Below, piece after piece: positions 26,507 through 40,251 of a stretch of DNA of 64,000 nt (its first letter is position 1; each line of letters begins with the position of its first letter). The notes beneath the pieces are model-generated. The model saw nothing but the letters and a program-made list of their open reading frames with translations. It was not told where the DNA came from and did not search any database. The stretch spans positions 62,001 through 126,000 of the forward strand of contig RSEE01000075.1 in the NCBI GenBank assembly GCA_003971905.1, read 5' to 3'. The stretch is from Moniliella sp. 'wahieum'. Taxonomy: Eukaryota. A program made the translations under genes and the position numbers.

Positions 26507-28775
26507 ACGTCCTCGTCTGGTCCTCTTGTCTTGTCGTCTTGTCGTCTTCGTGCTTTCGTGCCTTCGTGTCTGTTGGCCTGGTTGTCTGCTGGCCTTCTTC
26601 GTGTCGTCTGCCCTTTTGCCCGGGGCGGGCTGTTGCGCCGATGCGCATTCGCCATGCACACGCAATCCTGCCACCAAAAAATCCAAAACTTCCAAAACCC
26701 TCCTGGCGAGCTAGTTTCGTTCGTTCCCCGCGGCCTGCTTCTTGGTCCGCCGAGCCGGTGCACCTGGGACCTAAGACCTAAGACCTGGGACCTGATCCTG
26801 ATCCTAACGTCTAACCCTCGCCCTCGCCCTAGACCTAGACTTAGGCCTGGACCGAAATCTACCCTTGCACCCTCTCTTTCGCTTTCGCTTTCGTCTCTCT
26901 TCTCTCTTCCTCAGGCTATAGCGCTATAGTACGTAGCTCCCGTGCCGTCTGTCTCGGTCTCGGTCCCAGTCCCAGTCCCGGTCTCAGGCTCAGGCTCGGG
27001 TTGGTTGTTGCATGCCGTACACGGTACACGTTACATGTTACACGCTGCAGCGGATGGGCACGAAACGCCCCCCACTCCCCACTCTCCAGTTCCCACTTCC
27101 CAATGGGAACACATCTCCACTATCCGGTCCATGAGACGACACGTACGGACCGCGCGTTTGGCCCGCCAAGCCGAAGGAACGTACGAGCGCAGTAGCGTAA
27201 AGGCGTAGTAAGAGCGTTGGCGTTGACGTTGGCGCGGGAAGAAGTGGATCCCCCCCCCCCCCCCGACCTTCCCCTTTTCCCCCCACGGCTAAGTATAGTA
27301 GGCTACACCAAGCCCGAACCAGCTCGCTCCGCCTCCATCTCAGCCTGACGTGGGCACCACGTCCACCTCCCCCTCGTCCTCAGTCGTCCAGCAGCAAGAG
27401 GGGAAACATGGGAAACATCCACCCGGGCCCCATACGCACGCCGCGCCCGCACGAATGGAGGCAAACGCCTCCCGGTGCCGGCGGTGTGTTTTTCGCGCAG
27501 CAGCTCCAGCTCGAGGTACGTGCCCATGTCGGTGTCGGTGACGGTGACGGGGTTTTGGTACGTGGCCGGTCGCGGGCGTAACCGACCCCAATCACCACCC
27601 CCATCGCCAATCATTAATCATTAGTAGTCACCGGCGCCATTCATATATTCAATCCCCAATCCCCAAGCCCCAAGCCCCAAGCCATCGTTCCCATCCAGCT
27701 CCCCGTCCCGCGGCCTCAGCTCCAGCTCCTCACGATTGAAGATTGAATACTGACTCCCGGGAGGCCCCGAATCGTGCAATGTGCTGGCCCTGCCGCAGCG
27801 GTTCTGCCCGTCGTGTTTGTGACCAAGTAACCGATCGTCAAACTAGGCGTGGCAGCCGCCCCGCTGATCGATGAGTGTGGGGCGACTTTAGGCCTAGCTT
27901 TAGGCCATAGGAGCGGAGACAGCAACAAGACACCCGGCACGCGTGCCAATTTGAAATTCGGCTGCCTCGACCGGCACTAGGCACTCGTCACATTCACAGC
28001 CATTTGACGACGCGCTTGAACTTACCCGCGTCAGACGGCCATTTGGTGGCCGACACCACGCCGGATGGGGACAGTGGACGGCGAGCACTCCTCCACGAGC
28101 TTCCGGTGCAGCTCGAGCGCGAGCCTTCCTTCAAGCTTCAATGGTGTGTGTTGATCGGGATGTGTTGACCCACCTCGTCTCAGATCTCAGAATCTCAGCC
28201 GCAAACACCCGAGCAAGCAATCCATAACCAACCCAATTGCCAATACATAACCAAAACCCATTGCCAATTCTCAATTCTCAATTCGCAAGCGGCAGTTGTG
28301 CAACGCCCAGATCTCAGTCCAAGACAGGCAACAACCGAATAGGCACAATGTATAACCACCCTGCCGAGGAGGCGTGCCGGGTGGCTGAGATCTGAGATGG
28401 AGACGAGGAAGGTCCGCCTGTGTGGGATCTCGCCTGATGCGTCGCAACGTCATAATGTCCAGGCCGCCGTCCCCGGGCCGCGCCGAGAGACGGCTAGTGG
28501 CTGCGTGCTCATTCTCAAGTGGCTCCCCCAGGGCACACCAGACAGGGTCTTCTGCTTCGGAATGCCAACAATTCAAAACAGCAACCCCGCCAGGGCAATT
28601 CTTGGGTTGTTTGCTTGTCCCTCTCCTCCCCTCCTCCTCCTTCTCCTCCTCCTCTTCTCCACCTCCTCCTCCACCACCCCCACCTCTTCTCCCCCTCCTC
28701 CTTGCTCCGCGCGTTCCCCCCGCCCCTCCTGGTCCGTCCCCGCCACCGGCTGCCGCGGAGCTCCTCCAAGCCGCC

Positions 28776-30391
28776 ATGGGATTCTACCTCGTCACCACCA
28801 TGGCGTCGTGCCGGCCGCCGTGCGCGCGCCGGACCCCGACGACCCGCTTCTCTCGGCCTCCCCCTTCCTTGCCACCTCGCCCGCCGTCTGGACCAGCTCG
28901 CCCGCTCGGCTCCCAGCCGCCCATTCGAGCCTCCTGCCCCCAACCCCCAGGGCCAGCCCTACCCCCACTTTCTCCAGCACCGCCACTGCGCCCTGATCTT
29001 GCCCATCCCCATCCTCCTGCGCATGCTCACCACGCGTCTCTTCCCACACCCAGCATGCATGCCACCGCGCATGCCGCCTCTGCTTCCTTCTCCCCTCTCT
29101 CCGTGGGCTCCGAAGCGCCTACCGCGCCTGCCGCGCCTGCCGTCCTGCTCACAATCAACAAGGGGGAGGTGGAGGCGGCCGAGGCGGAAGAAGATACCGC
29201 GCTGGATGCGCTTCATGCTCGCATCCCACTTGCCGATCGACACATCCAGCGTCTCGTGGACGCCGCATGCGACTGGGCCCTGGAACATCCTCTAGCCCCC
29301 CGCCACCAGAGGACCTAGGACGACAGCTCTTGCTCAAACTCCATGCCCACCTCCCTCTGGACGACGGCACGCACTACTCGCTCCGTCTCTCGGTCCGCAC
29401 ACCTCGCTCCACACCCCCTGTCTCCCCTTACCGTTCTTATACGCACCACGACGACCGTTCCCTTCCGTCCCCTTCCTCCCCCCCACACCGGGTGGAGGCT
29501 CCACCTACCTCTCCCACTCGACTTCTTCCTCCTCTTCTTCCTCCTCTTCCTCCGCCCATGCTCCATGGGGCATCTCGGCCCACGTCGCCCCCGCCCCCGA
29601 CATGGGCACCGGCACATCTCTCCCCGCCGTCCGACTGGACACTGAACCGGCACGCCGCTTCCCTGCTCACCCACCCCCCTTGGACGCTCCCGGCGCATTT
29701 GGTGTCACGCACAAAACTTCCCTCCGGGAACGGTACGAAGAGGCACAGCACCGCGTTCACGCCACGTTTACCACCACCTACACGCCTCGTGCACCTCGAG
29801 TGAGGTCCGTCAGGCAGATATGCCCCGTGCTGCCGGTGTCGCCGGTAGGACCGATGCGACCTATAGGACCGGCGAGGCGGGTGCGTCCGTACCGAGCGGA
29901 TGGACGTGCAGTCCTACCGCGGCTCAGACCCCTGGGTCGGCTCTTGGTTCGACCGCTGGTTCAGATGGGGACGAGGTAGCTCGCACCTCCCCCCCAGGGC
30001 AGGGGCATGCGACGCGTCTACCGCGCACCCTTGCGCCCGCATCAGTGACACTGGTTTAGCCCCCGGCGCGCGCACGCCCAGCGCAGTATTTGATGTACTG
30101 CTCTGGTCGCGCGATGCGATGGGCGACACGCGTCTGCTCGAAGCTGGCATAGCTAATTTACTCCTGGAAGATTTGACTCAATTGCCCGACCAGGCCGAAC
30201 GGTTCGTGACGCCCATCTTGCGGCCTCGCGATGGTCCTTTGCCGGGCTTGGTTAGGACCGAGTTGCTCGCCCGTGGCGCGGTGGTCGAGGAGGATGTGCG
30301 TGTGGATCAGCTCCTTCACCAGCCGGGACGGTGGCGTCTCTTCCTTGCCAATGCGGTCCGGGGCGTGTTCCAGGTCCAGCTGGTCCAATGA
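28776..30391 (+). CDS. ABZ2: Class IV PLP enzyme, 4-amino-4-deoxychorismate lyase (Abz2-like), frameshifted
   Basis: RHIQRL, HKTSLRERYEEA (catalytic Lys motif), FDVLLW, EAGIANL, LPGLVRTELL, LANAVRGV. Confidence 0.7.
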
Positions 30392-31556
30392 GCAGTGAGC
30401 AATGAGGGATGAGCAATGAGCAGGCACCCTCTCTGCACCTTGCGGTATCGATGTGCTGCCACACAGTCACAGACGCGCTGGATCCAATCGTTTCCCCCCC
30501 CTTCCACTCCCCTCTGCCCCCCCGCCAACACTGCGACTGGCACATCTCCTTGTTTGGAAGCGATATGCTATAGGTGGCCCCTCACCTAATGAGCCTAATG
30601 TAATGCGCTACCCTAGTACGACTGGTGCGGAGGTAGCATAGTCGTAGTCAGAAGTAGTAGTCGGTACCTGAAGAGTGGGGACTGGGGACTGGGGACGGGG
30701 GACTGGGGGCAATGCATACGATCTGGCAAGTAAATAACATACCCTGACCTAGTAACCAACCTCTTTTGATCTGTACACTTCTGTAGGTCCTAGCGACGCC
30801 ACCGGCGGTACGTCACGAACGGTTTCGTATACCGGTTGCCGCGTTGACGCGTTGACGTTGAACCTTCCGGGTTGAAGGGGGGGGACATGAGAGCGTGAGA
30901 ACTGCGTTGAGTACGGCGCACGAGTGGATGAAGCTGAGGCGTAACGCGTATCGGAAGAAGCTGACACACTTGAACTTGAAGGCGCAATAGAGTTCGTCCC
31001 AACTCAGATGGGCTCAACACCAGAGGCTACCTAGTAACGATAGCTGACTGGAAACTTGACGTCCAAGCACGCCTTGGCCGCCTGAACCGCTGAGGCGTGG
31101 CCCAGCGTGTCCCTCTCGGGTGTCCAAACGCAGTTCCAGTACCGAGTGCCTGAGTGCCTGCGTGCCTGGAAATGGGGGTGCTGTCAGACAGCGGGCATGA
31201 GGCCACTGTGAGTGTGCGCCGGCGCACGAGCCACTTGGGGGCGTCACAAGTCAGCCGTTTCACCGCCACAGCGCCTCGGCCTGCCGCTGTGATGTCCTGA
31301 TCCTCTTCAATGGACTGTCCGCTTGGCAGACGGCAGCTGCTCGGGAGGGCTATTCTAGCTCCATTCTCCGCCACACACACTGTCGTTTGCGTGTCAGATC
31401 TCAGATCGCATATCCTATCTCTTGCAGCTTGGTTTCTCCGCCCCCTGGTCTCAGCTCCGCAGCCAATGCAGCACCCCCCCTGCTTGCCTCTTCCTTCTCA
31501 ACTCGCCTCTCTCCTCCATCCTCTCTGCTTTCCTCCCATCCACCACCACCCGGGCC

Positions 31557-32219
31557 ATGGCCGTGCCCACCACCGACACCTTTGCCGCCTTCCAAGCCGC
31601 CAGCGCCGCCGATTGGCAAGCGATTGTCCACCACCGCTTTGTGCAAGAGCTCGTGTCGGACCAGCTGCCCGGCGACGTCCTGCGCGACTATCTGATTCAG
31701 GACTGGCAGTTCTGCGACCTGTTCATCTCGGTCATGGCTCAAGCCGTAGCTTCGGCCGATACGATGGCGGCCAAACTACGGCTGTGCAAGCAGTTGGGCT
31801 TTTTTGCCGCCCAAGAAAACAGTTACTTTGACCAATGCTTTGCTCGCTTCCACGTTCCTCCGTCCCAACTGACCCATCCCATCCTCAAGCCTGCCACGAC
31901 CAAGTTCTTGGCCCTGATGCGACAAACGCTCCTGACCCGCTCGTACCCCCATGCCCTCGTCTTGCTCGTCGTAGCCGAGAGCACCTACCTCGCCTGGGCC
32001 GACGAGGCCACCCAGCAAGGACGCACCTTACCCCAGCTCGAACAGAACCGAGGTTGGGTCGACTTGCATCGAGGCGACGAATTTGCATCCTGGGTCCACT
32101 TTTTGGTCCAGGAGCTCAACCGAGTCGCTAAGCCCGACGACACGGCCCTTTTGAACCTCTTTCGCCAGACCGTCACCCTGGAACGTGAGTTTATGGACGA
32201 GGCATATATCGCCAACTAG
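31557..32219 (+). CDS. TenA/Thi-4 family protein, TenA_E type (thiamine salvage), intronless, intact 220 aa
   Basis: HRFVQEL, DYLIQDWQF, ENSYF, AESTYLAW (Glu rather than catalytic Cys), WVDLH, EREFMDEAY. Confidence 0.9.
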   Translation: MAVPTTDTFAAFQAASAADWQAIVHHRFVQELVSDQLPGDVLRDYLIQDWQFCDLFISVMAQAVASADTMAAKLRLCKQLGFFAAQENSYFDQCFARFHVPPSQLTHPILKPATTKFLALMRQTLLTRSYPHALVLLVVAESTYLAWADEATQQGRTLPQLEQNRGWVDLHRGDEFASWVHFLVQELNRVAKPDDTALLNLFRQTVTLEREFMDEAYIAN

Positions 32220-33389
32220 CCCCCACCCACCCTACACCTGCCCCCCTGCAGAGTCCCCACTGTGCATGCTACATGATCTGTGTCTGTGTCTGGGTGCGCC
32301 ACCTGCTAAAGCGTTAATCATCTGCATCAGCACAAATTGGTTCATCCGCCTCTAACGCGTGACGCTTCTTGGTCACTGTGGGGTCGCTTGTCGTGTACCT
32401 AGTTCCCCTAACGCTTCACTCGCCTTTCTCTTTACGTTTGATTACGACCCTCACACTTGACTTGACGCTTACACGTCTCTCCCTTTTGCCACACAATACG
32501 CTTCACAACGCTCCGAGGACTTGTGGCCCCTCTCTCCCCGGGGTTGGTATAAGGCGTTAAGCGTTACGTTCCAACGCCGAGGAAGGAGCGCAGCTGCATC
32601 TGCATCAGATATCCGAAGTCCGATGGCCGATGGCCCATGTCGGATGCCAGATGTCGGATGTCGAATGTCGAATGTCCGATGTCCGATGTCCGGCGTCAGG
32701 ATAGTTGACCGCGTCAAAGAATAGTGAATGATTAATGGTGCGTCATGAATCGGATCAATGAGAGGCAAGTAGACGGAAGGATGCAAGTAAAGCTTTTTAA
32801 AGCAATGATAATCTCCAGGAGATTGATCGGGATGAGCGCTGAGGCCCTGTGGCTCTTCAGCCGGCGTGCGCAGCAACCTTGCTCAAACTCTCCCCATCGA
32901 TTGGTCATCGACGACGCCAACTTCACTGCCCCGGTGGCTGAGACTATAATAATGTCGGCAAAATGCCGGAGGGAATGCTGATCGATACTAAAAAATGTCG
33001 ATAATGCTATAATGATTGTAAGGATCTTTATGATCTGATGCATCTGTTGAGATCTGAATCTGATGCGCCGAGACGGGTTTGGAAATGGGAGAGAGGCCAT
33101 CTGCATCAGCCACAGCAGGCCGCACAGCTCGTGTTCCCAGGCTCTTGTTTGGCGCGCCCGGCTGGATGAGGATCTACCACAAGTCCGCTCCGTGGCTGTA
33201 CCGGGTAGGAGGTACCGGTGTGGGGAGCTCTGCGCCCGGGATAGGTGTTGGGAACGACTAAGTGGATCCAGGTGGATCCACGCCCAGAAGAAGAGTTTTC
33301 CGAAGAGTAGTACTACTCCGAAGGGGAGTCTTTCCGGCCGAGAAGAGGGCAACTCCGCGCCAGTGAAAGCCGAATGTTTCAAGCGCGCT

Positions 33390-33399
33390 GTGACGTCAC
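33390..33399. promoter_or_regulatory. Palindrome GTGACGTCAC (CRE/ATF-type) ~240 bp upstream of MRS3/4
   Basis: Exact 10-bp palindrome in promoter position; function is inference. Confidence 0.3.
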
Positions 33400-33638
33400 G
33401 GCGGCGGCCGCGGCGATTGAACAGCCGAGAGGCCGACCGGCGCGGCGCAGCGCCCTTTTCCACCCCAAATCCTTCTCCGGCTCTGGCCAGCCCGGGTCCG
33501 CACCGGCCGATTGACACGCCGTCTTCTTCTTTCGCCTGTTCGTTCTACCACCATCACCTCTTCCTCTCCTCCTCTCCTCCTCCTCCTCCCCTCCCCTTCC
33601 TCCCCCCTCCTCCTCCTTACCTCCCCCCCCCTCCGCCC

Positions 33639-34792
33639 ATGTCCACCCCCCTGGAAAGCGAGGTCGACTACGAGGCGCTGGGCGACCATGTCCCCTACCA
33701 CATCAACATGGTCGCCGGCGCCGCCGCCGGCATTGCCGAGCACGCCTGCATGTTTCCCGTCGACGTTGTCCGCACGCGCATGCAGGTCATTGCCGCTGCC
33801 CCTGCCGCCACCTACTCTGGCATGGGCGAGGCCTTTACCCGCATCTCCACCCTCGAAGGCGCCCGTACCCTCTGGCGCGGCGTCTCGAGCGTCATCCTCG
33901 GCGCCGGCCCCGCTCATGCCCTCTACTTTGGCACCTACGAGGCCGTCAAGGACGCCACGGGCGGCAACCAAGACGGCCACCATCTTGCTTCCACCGCTGT
34001 CGCCGCGCGCTTCCGCCACGATTGCTTCAGACGCCTTTATGAACCCGTTTGATGGTACGTTGTTTGTTGTTTCTGCACGACCGAGAGAGGCCAAACCGCC
34101 GGGCCACTGACGCTTGCTTTCTTTCTGCTTTCTGCTTTCTGCTTTCTGCTTTGCCGCTCGATTGCACTCCGCAGTGATCAAGCAGCGCATGCAAATGCAC
34201 GGCTCTGCGTACCGAACCATCTCCTCCTGCGCCCGCGCCATCTATGCCAAAGAAGGGCTCAGGGCATTTTACGTGTCCTACCCCACCACGCTCACCATGA
34301 CTGTCCCCTTTACTGCCATCCAATTCTCCACGTACGAATCGGCCAAAAAGGTGCTCAACCCGTCCGCCACGTACTCCCCTACCACCCACGCCATCGCCGG
34401 CGCGTTCGCCGGCGCAGTAGCTGCCGCACTTACCACTCCTCTGGACGTAGCCAAAACCTTGCTCCAGACCCGCGGCACCTCTACCGACCCAGACATCCGC
34501 CGCGCCTCGGCATGTTGGAGGCATTCCGCATCATCAAGAAACGCGATGGTCTTAAAGGATTTGCGCGCGGCTTGACCCCGCGCGTGCTCACCTTTATGCC
34601 CTCCAATGCACTTTGCTGGTTGGTACGTACCTCGTACCTGCACTGGGATCGTTCGATTGTATATCTTCCCCAAGGAATTTTGCGTTGCTGACTTTTGTCT
34701 TTGTCTTTGCCTTTCCCCCCCCCGCTTTTGCTTGATAGTGCTACGAGGGGTTCCGATTTGGCCTGAACCAAAAAGCCCACCAGCCCCGCTAA
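33639..34792 (+). CDS. MRS3: Mitochondrial iron carrier (mitoferrin, Mrs3/Mrs4); introns 34055-34174 and 34623-34738; two frameshifts
   Basis: EVDYEAL, AGAAAGIAEHACMFPVDVVRTRMQ, GAGPAHALYFGTYE, MNPFDVIKQRMQ, YVSYPTTLTMTVPF, TTPLDVAKTLLQ; three carrier repeats. Confidence 0.92.
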
Positions 34793-36011
34793 CCAATACG
34801 TGCACAGACGCACTGCGTTGCCTGCCCTTGCTTCCCCCACGCCCCGCCAATGAGCCTACGGAGGGCTGAACGGGTCAGACACATTTTCCCCTTTTGCCTC
34901 CCCCACCCACTCATCCCCTTGCCCGCTTGCTTGACCCCACACCCTTCGTCGTCCCCGGACTTTGCCGCGCTTGCACCCCGCCCCCTTGGGGTGAGCCATT
35001 GGACCCCCCGCCCCCGCACTGCCGCCGGAAAAGAATGCCGCTCCTCAGGCTGCCGCAACGGGGGCGACAGGGGAGAGGCAACAAGAGAGAGGTGAGAGGC
35101 GAGAGGGGGACAAAGGAGGGGGAGGGCGTGCCACCAAAACCACTCCGATCTGGGTGCAACGTGAGCAAGAATTGAACCAACCACAGCCAGCGACAGCGAC
35201 AGCGATTTGCCTTGGTCTGTCGTTCGTTTTGGCTTCGTTTCGGCTTCGTCGTGGTTGTGGTTGTGGTTGGGATGTGGATGGGGATGGTTCGTCTGCCCTG
35301 TATCCCACGTTCATCAACTTCGATTTTGATTTGCTTTCCCCCCCCAAGCTGTTTGTTTGGCTTAACAACACTATTATACGTATACGTATACGTATACGTA
35401 TACGGGTTTCGTTTTTTTTTGCTCCCCCTCGGTCTCCATCTCCATCGACCTCTCTCCATCTCCATTTCCATCTCCATCTCCATCTCCATCTCCATATCCT
35501 GCACCGGTCTTGCTATTTTCCAATTTCATCCGTTCCTCTTCATCCACCCCGCTTGAGGTAGGATTGATTCGTTTCCCGCCTTGTTCCTCAGGCTTCCGGC
35601 TTCGAGCCCGCACCACCTCAGGCCATATCAACACGTTGTCTTGTCGTTTGTGTTTTCCTTGTTCGGACGCCTAGCTCCTGGTGGCGACGACTAGTGCTGG
35701 TTTGCTTGATGTTCCTCTTCAGTCTGTAGGTGTTGCTGACGGGCTTGATCCCCGGTTGGAGCCGAGGTGAGGCCTGAGAGGCGCTGAGGCCGCTGAGGCG
35801 CTGAGAGCTGAGATTAGATTGAAAATCTACGTCGCACAGGAAATAGCAGAGATGAGATAAGCTGCTCCTTGGCACTGCCGCCTAGCGCCGCCACCGCCAT
35901 CGCCACCGCCACCGCCATCGCCATTGCCGTCTGCCCATCGCGTTGACGGCCACCACCGCCTCGGCGTTGCCATACACTGGCCTGTCCCACCCGTCCCCGT
36001 CTGTACTCGCC

Positions 36012-39000
36012 ATGCCCACCCCCACTCCCGACCTCTCCGCCGCGGCGCCCGACTGCGCCCCGTCCGTCTTCTGGGACCTGGTCGACGATCTCTTCCCCCC
36101 GTCCCCGCCCATGCCCGATCCCGACGACGACGACGACCGCGACCCCGCCTCGCGCCGAAACATTGCCGCCACATTCGACGTTCTGTGCGAACTGCTCGAG
36201 CAGGACATCCAGCACACAATCCCCACCCCTGCTGCGGCCGACAGGCTAGCAGAGCAGATCGGCAACTCGTTCTACTGGCTGCAACACTGGCACCGCGTCG
36301 TGGATGCCTTGGTTGATCTGCTGTGCAAGCACCACCTGCTCGGCCCTGCCCTGTTATGCGCTGTCACCTGCCTCCTCCGCCTCGCTACCATGGACCACAA
36401 TGTCTACCGCAGGATGAGCAAGTGCCCCGATCCCCAGCTCATCCGCTCCCTCGCCGCCGCCATCTGGCCCATCCCTGCCCACATTGGCCGTCCCTCCAAC
36501 CCATGCGATCCGGGCGCCAGCCATCCTGACCCCCCCCCCCCCGGCACCATCAGACTTTGCCCTGGCGCATGCACCTGCCTGGCCGCATGCATCACCACCA
36601 TCACCACCCCTGCCCTCAGAGGGGGTGCTCCACCCGCCGCCGCCGAGGTGCGTGGGGAACTGCTTCCTTCCCAGATAGCCGCATTGCAAGCCGATTTGCG
36701 CGTCAAAGCAATCCATCTCTTTTCCCTCTTGTGCAAGGTTCGATTGCTGCACCCGCTTCAGCTGGCATGCATCTCGCCCTCGTTCATCAACCATCTGTTT
36801 GACCTGGTCGAGGAGACGCGGGACCAAGAGGACGAATTCTTCAACTACCATGTCATTATTCTCATTGTACGTGCCTTTTTGTCCCCCCTCCTCCCTAGGC
36901 CAGGGGGCCGGATGCTGACCCCGTCCCCCGGCTACGCAGCTGGCGCTCAACGAACAGTTTATGGTCGCCGCCCTGTCTGAGAGGCCTGGCAGGTCGAAAG
37001 GGCCGCATACCAGTGGTGTGAGTGGCGTCGGTCATCCCGAGCGACCCACGTCGGAGCACGGGCAGCAGCACCGTCCGAGGCCCAATCTGGTGGCGAATGT
37101 GCTCCGTCTGCGTCTCCATTCTAGCAAGACGTTCGGTGAGAACCTTATATTTCTGCTCAACCGCACTTGCCACGACGTCGAGGAGGACATGTACATCCAG
37201 CTTTTGATTCTCAAGCTGCTCTATGTCCTTTTCACTACCCCCGACCTGGCTCTCTTCTTCTTCTACTAACGATCTCAAGGTGCTCCTGGACATTTTCATT
37301 CGCCAAATTCAGGACTTGCCAGACGAACGGGATACCCTCCGCCACACTTACCTCCGTCCTCCACCCCCTCATGCTCAACACCCAGCTTCGAGCCAACTCG
37401 TACAAGCAATCGGAACTCCGTGCGCTTCTCCTCCGCATTCTGGCCCAGCAGCAGTTTCGCGAAGTGGATCCGGCCACCATCCGTCTGTGCAACCGCTGTC
37501 TTTCGTCCGAATGGTGCCTCCGCCTCGCCCAGTCCATCGACAGCCCCGAGCAGACTAAAGAACGCAGCCACTCCTCACCCACCACTGGAGTGCCCACTAC
37601 CCCCACTACCGCCCTGTCCAGGCGCAGTGCCTCAACCTCCAGCCCGACCCCGAGCCCCACCCCAACCCCGACCCTTTCCACTTGTGCTTCGCTTCCGATT
37701 CAGATGCCTGTGGACGGGGCGGTACGGCAGGCACAGGAACTGGTACAGGTGGTCCGCCATCGTGCCAACTCCAAGGGCGAGCAGCGCGAGGAGGAGGAGG
37801 AGGATCGGTTGGCTCAGGCACATGCCCAAGCCGACGCGGCGGCGCATAAGGTTGCCATGGCCCACCTTTACGGCCCCACTGACGTCCATGCACCGCCTCC
37901 CCCTGTCCCAGCGTCTCGGCCACGTGCAGTCTCCACCTCGGGGCTACGGCCGCGCAATCCATTTACCACTCCCACTCCCGCCCTCGTCCCAGCCCCCAGC
38001 GAGGATGTGGGGGACCCAAAGCCCCCCGCACCTACTGGCTCCGGACGGCATGCGAACTTCTTCGGGCGACTGTCGTCCCTACGCCGTCGGCGGGCATCTG
38101 TGTCGTCGGTAGCTGAGGATCGACCGGGCGGGGTGCGCCGTTCCTCACGCTCGGCCTTGCCGCCGGTGGTAAAAGATGGCAAGGAACAGCGACAAGCCCT
38201 CACACGGCCCAGCACACCCCAGGACCTACAGGAGAAGCATCCGACCGAGACCTACGCCACTCCGCCCCATCCCGTTCCGGCCTACCTTCTTGCCGATGGT
38301 CGTGCGCAGCTGGACCGCTCCGCCTCCCCGTTTCCCCAATCTGTCTTCTTCCCCCCCACCGCCTATGGACGCACGCAGCGTGCGCGCCCCGCCCCGCCCT
38401 CCGCGCCTCACGCTCGAACGCCTGCCACGGCCCATGCCCACCAGAACAAACGTTTGCCACCACCCATCAATCGGAGCAACAAACCGTGCCATTCAACGTG
38501 GGGTACGAGTCATTCGCATTCCTTCCTCAGGGGGCTGCATCGTCCTCCGCCCCACCCCCCCAAATTGGTTCAAAGGTCCGACCGGCCTCCCCCCACCCTC
38601 ACCGTCCACCACCGGCACCGCCCGCACTGCTTGCACCATTTACCCTCGCTTCTCCTACCGAGGAGGAGCTGCCGCCCACAGTACGCGAGCCTGGTGGAGA
38701 TCCGCCATCCAACCCCCGAACGTCCATCTCCACTGCTTCGATCACCTCGATGACTTCGATGCCCGAAATGGCCTCCATGGCTGCAAACGCGATCCCGACA
38801 AGGACGTCAAGGGCGTCCGTCGCGTCCGGGACGTCGATGGCGTCGGTGGCGTCGGTGGGTTCGTTGGGTTCGGCTGGCTCGCTTACCTCAGGTTCTTGGA
38901 CCACTGTCCCGTCTTCCTCCTCCCCTTCTCCCCCGCCCGAGCGAGGTCCAGGTCCTCGTCCAGGCCCCGATTTAGGTTGGGCTGCACCGCGACGCCGGCC

Positions 39001-39028
39001 CCCGCCGCCTCCACCCATGCGCACCTGA
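36012..39028 (+). CDS. LDB17: Ldb17/Dip1/SPIN90 family Arp2/3 activator (DUF2013) with long Pro-rich tail; intron 36867-36939; frameshifts; stop approximate
   Basis: [19 protein letters not shown]...[56 protein letters not shown]. Confidence 0.85.
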
Positions 39029-40251
39029 GCTCAGTCGCACTTACCCCCGTCCACGGATTACCCCCACACGACCACATGCAGAAGGAGGAGTAGGATTAGG
39101 TGCAGCAAAATGCAAGTGGAGATGCAGATGCAGATGCATGCAGATGCAGATGCAGATGCAGATGCAGATGCAGATGGAGGTGCATCGGCCGACAGGATCG
39201 GACCCCCCCCCCTCCTTTTTGCGCTTTGTGTTTTGCTCATTGCCCATGCCCGACAGCCAAGATTGTATCCGCCACGGCTGTAGGTCCTACCCACGTCACT
39301 TCCCGTTTTCGTCTTCTGCCCCCCCCTGCCCCCCATACCCTTGCTGACACCTTCAATACCTATCATGCGTATAGGGAGAATGGGACCAAAGACATTTCAC
39401 TGGTCATGAGTCAGATCATACCTCGAGCATGTAGCTCATAGTGCAGTGGGACACGTCTAGTCGCTGCATTCCCATGCTTCGCCTCGGGTCGTCTCGCCTC
39501 CGCGCACGCACCGGAGACACACCAGTCGCGTTATTGCCATCTCGGTATGGCTTGTCTCTTGGTCTTTTTACATGGAAGAGCGAGTGAAGCCGGGCTAGGG
39601 GGCCACATGCAAGGCGCCCGACTGTAACCCAATGAAGTTTCTGGGATCTCTTGGAATCCATCAAACACACACACGCACCTCATAGAGGCCTCTGTCCAAT
39701 TAATACGATGACGACGACGGTGAAGGAGGTGGGAAAAAGGTGTGAGGGAGGGCGACGGCTGGCCCGTCGCCGTACTATATGTATAGGGGTTACGTTGAAT
39801 TCTTGAGGGGAGAAACGCTGCCAAAAGTCTTTCCTTGTTGATTCCCAACATGGCGTGTTCCTCCCCTGCGGCTCGACCAACGAGCGCGGCAATCACCTGA
39901 TCCTCTTTACTTCATGGCCCACGCGACATGGTGAACTGCTGGCGGCGCATATGTCTTCCCTTGGAATGATGATCGATTAACATTTAACCCTTAGCCCCGA
40001 GGCCGTATCGACTCTGGGATGGTACATCCACACTGCGACGGGATCACCTGCCCCCTCCCGGCTATTAAGCGGACTGTGCGCATTGCGCCCTTTCGACTTT
40101 CAAGTGCCCCCGCTCGTGCCTGGGTAAGCCGGGAACGGGAGCGTACCACGCCGTCGGATCGAAGTGCCCCCCTCTCCCTATCAAATTGAAGAATGGCGGC
40201 CTGGGAGCTCCCATCCGGTGGCAGAAGCGCCCCCTCCCCCCCCGCTTCCCT

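Noticed and set aside
30700..31556. TPP riboswitch upstream of the TenA gene
   Set aside because: No CUGAGA plus CUUGAU/CCUGAU...UAAU..CAGCG core in the right order and no intron architecture seen
32732..33517. 261-aa minus ORF in a lower-GC patch between TenA and MRS3
   Set aside because: Non-ATG start, overlaps the MRS3 promoter, no recognisable domain
39984..39995. TAACCCT as telomerase RNA template or telomeric repeat
   Set aside because: Single 7-mer expected by chance; no array or supporting structure
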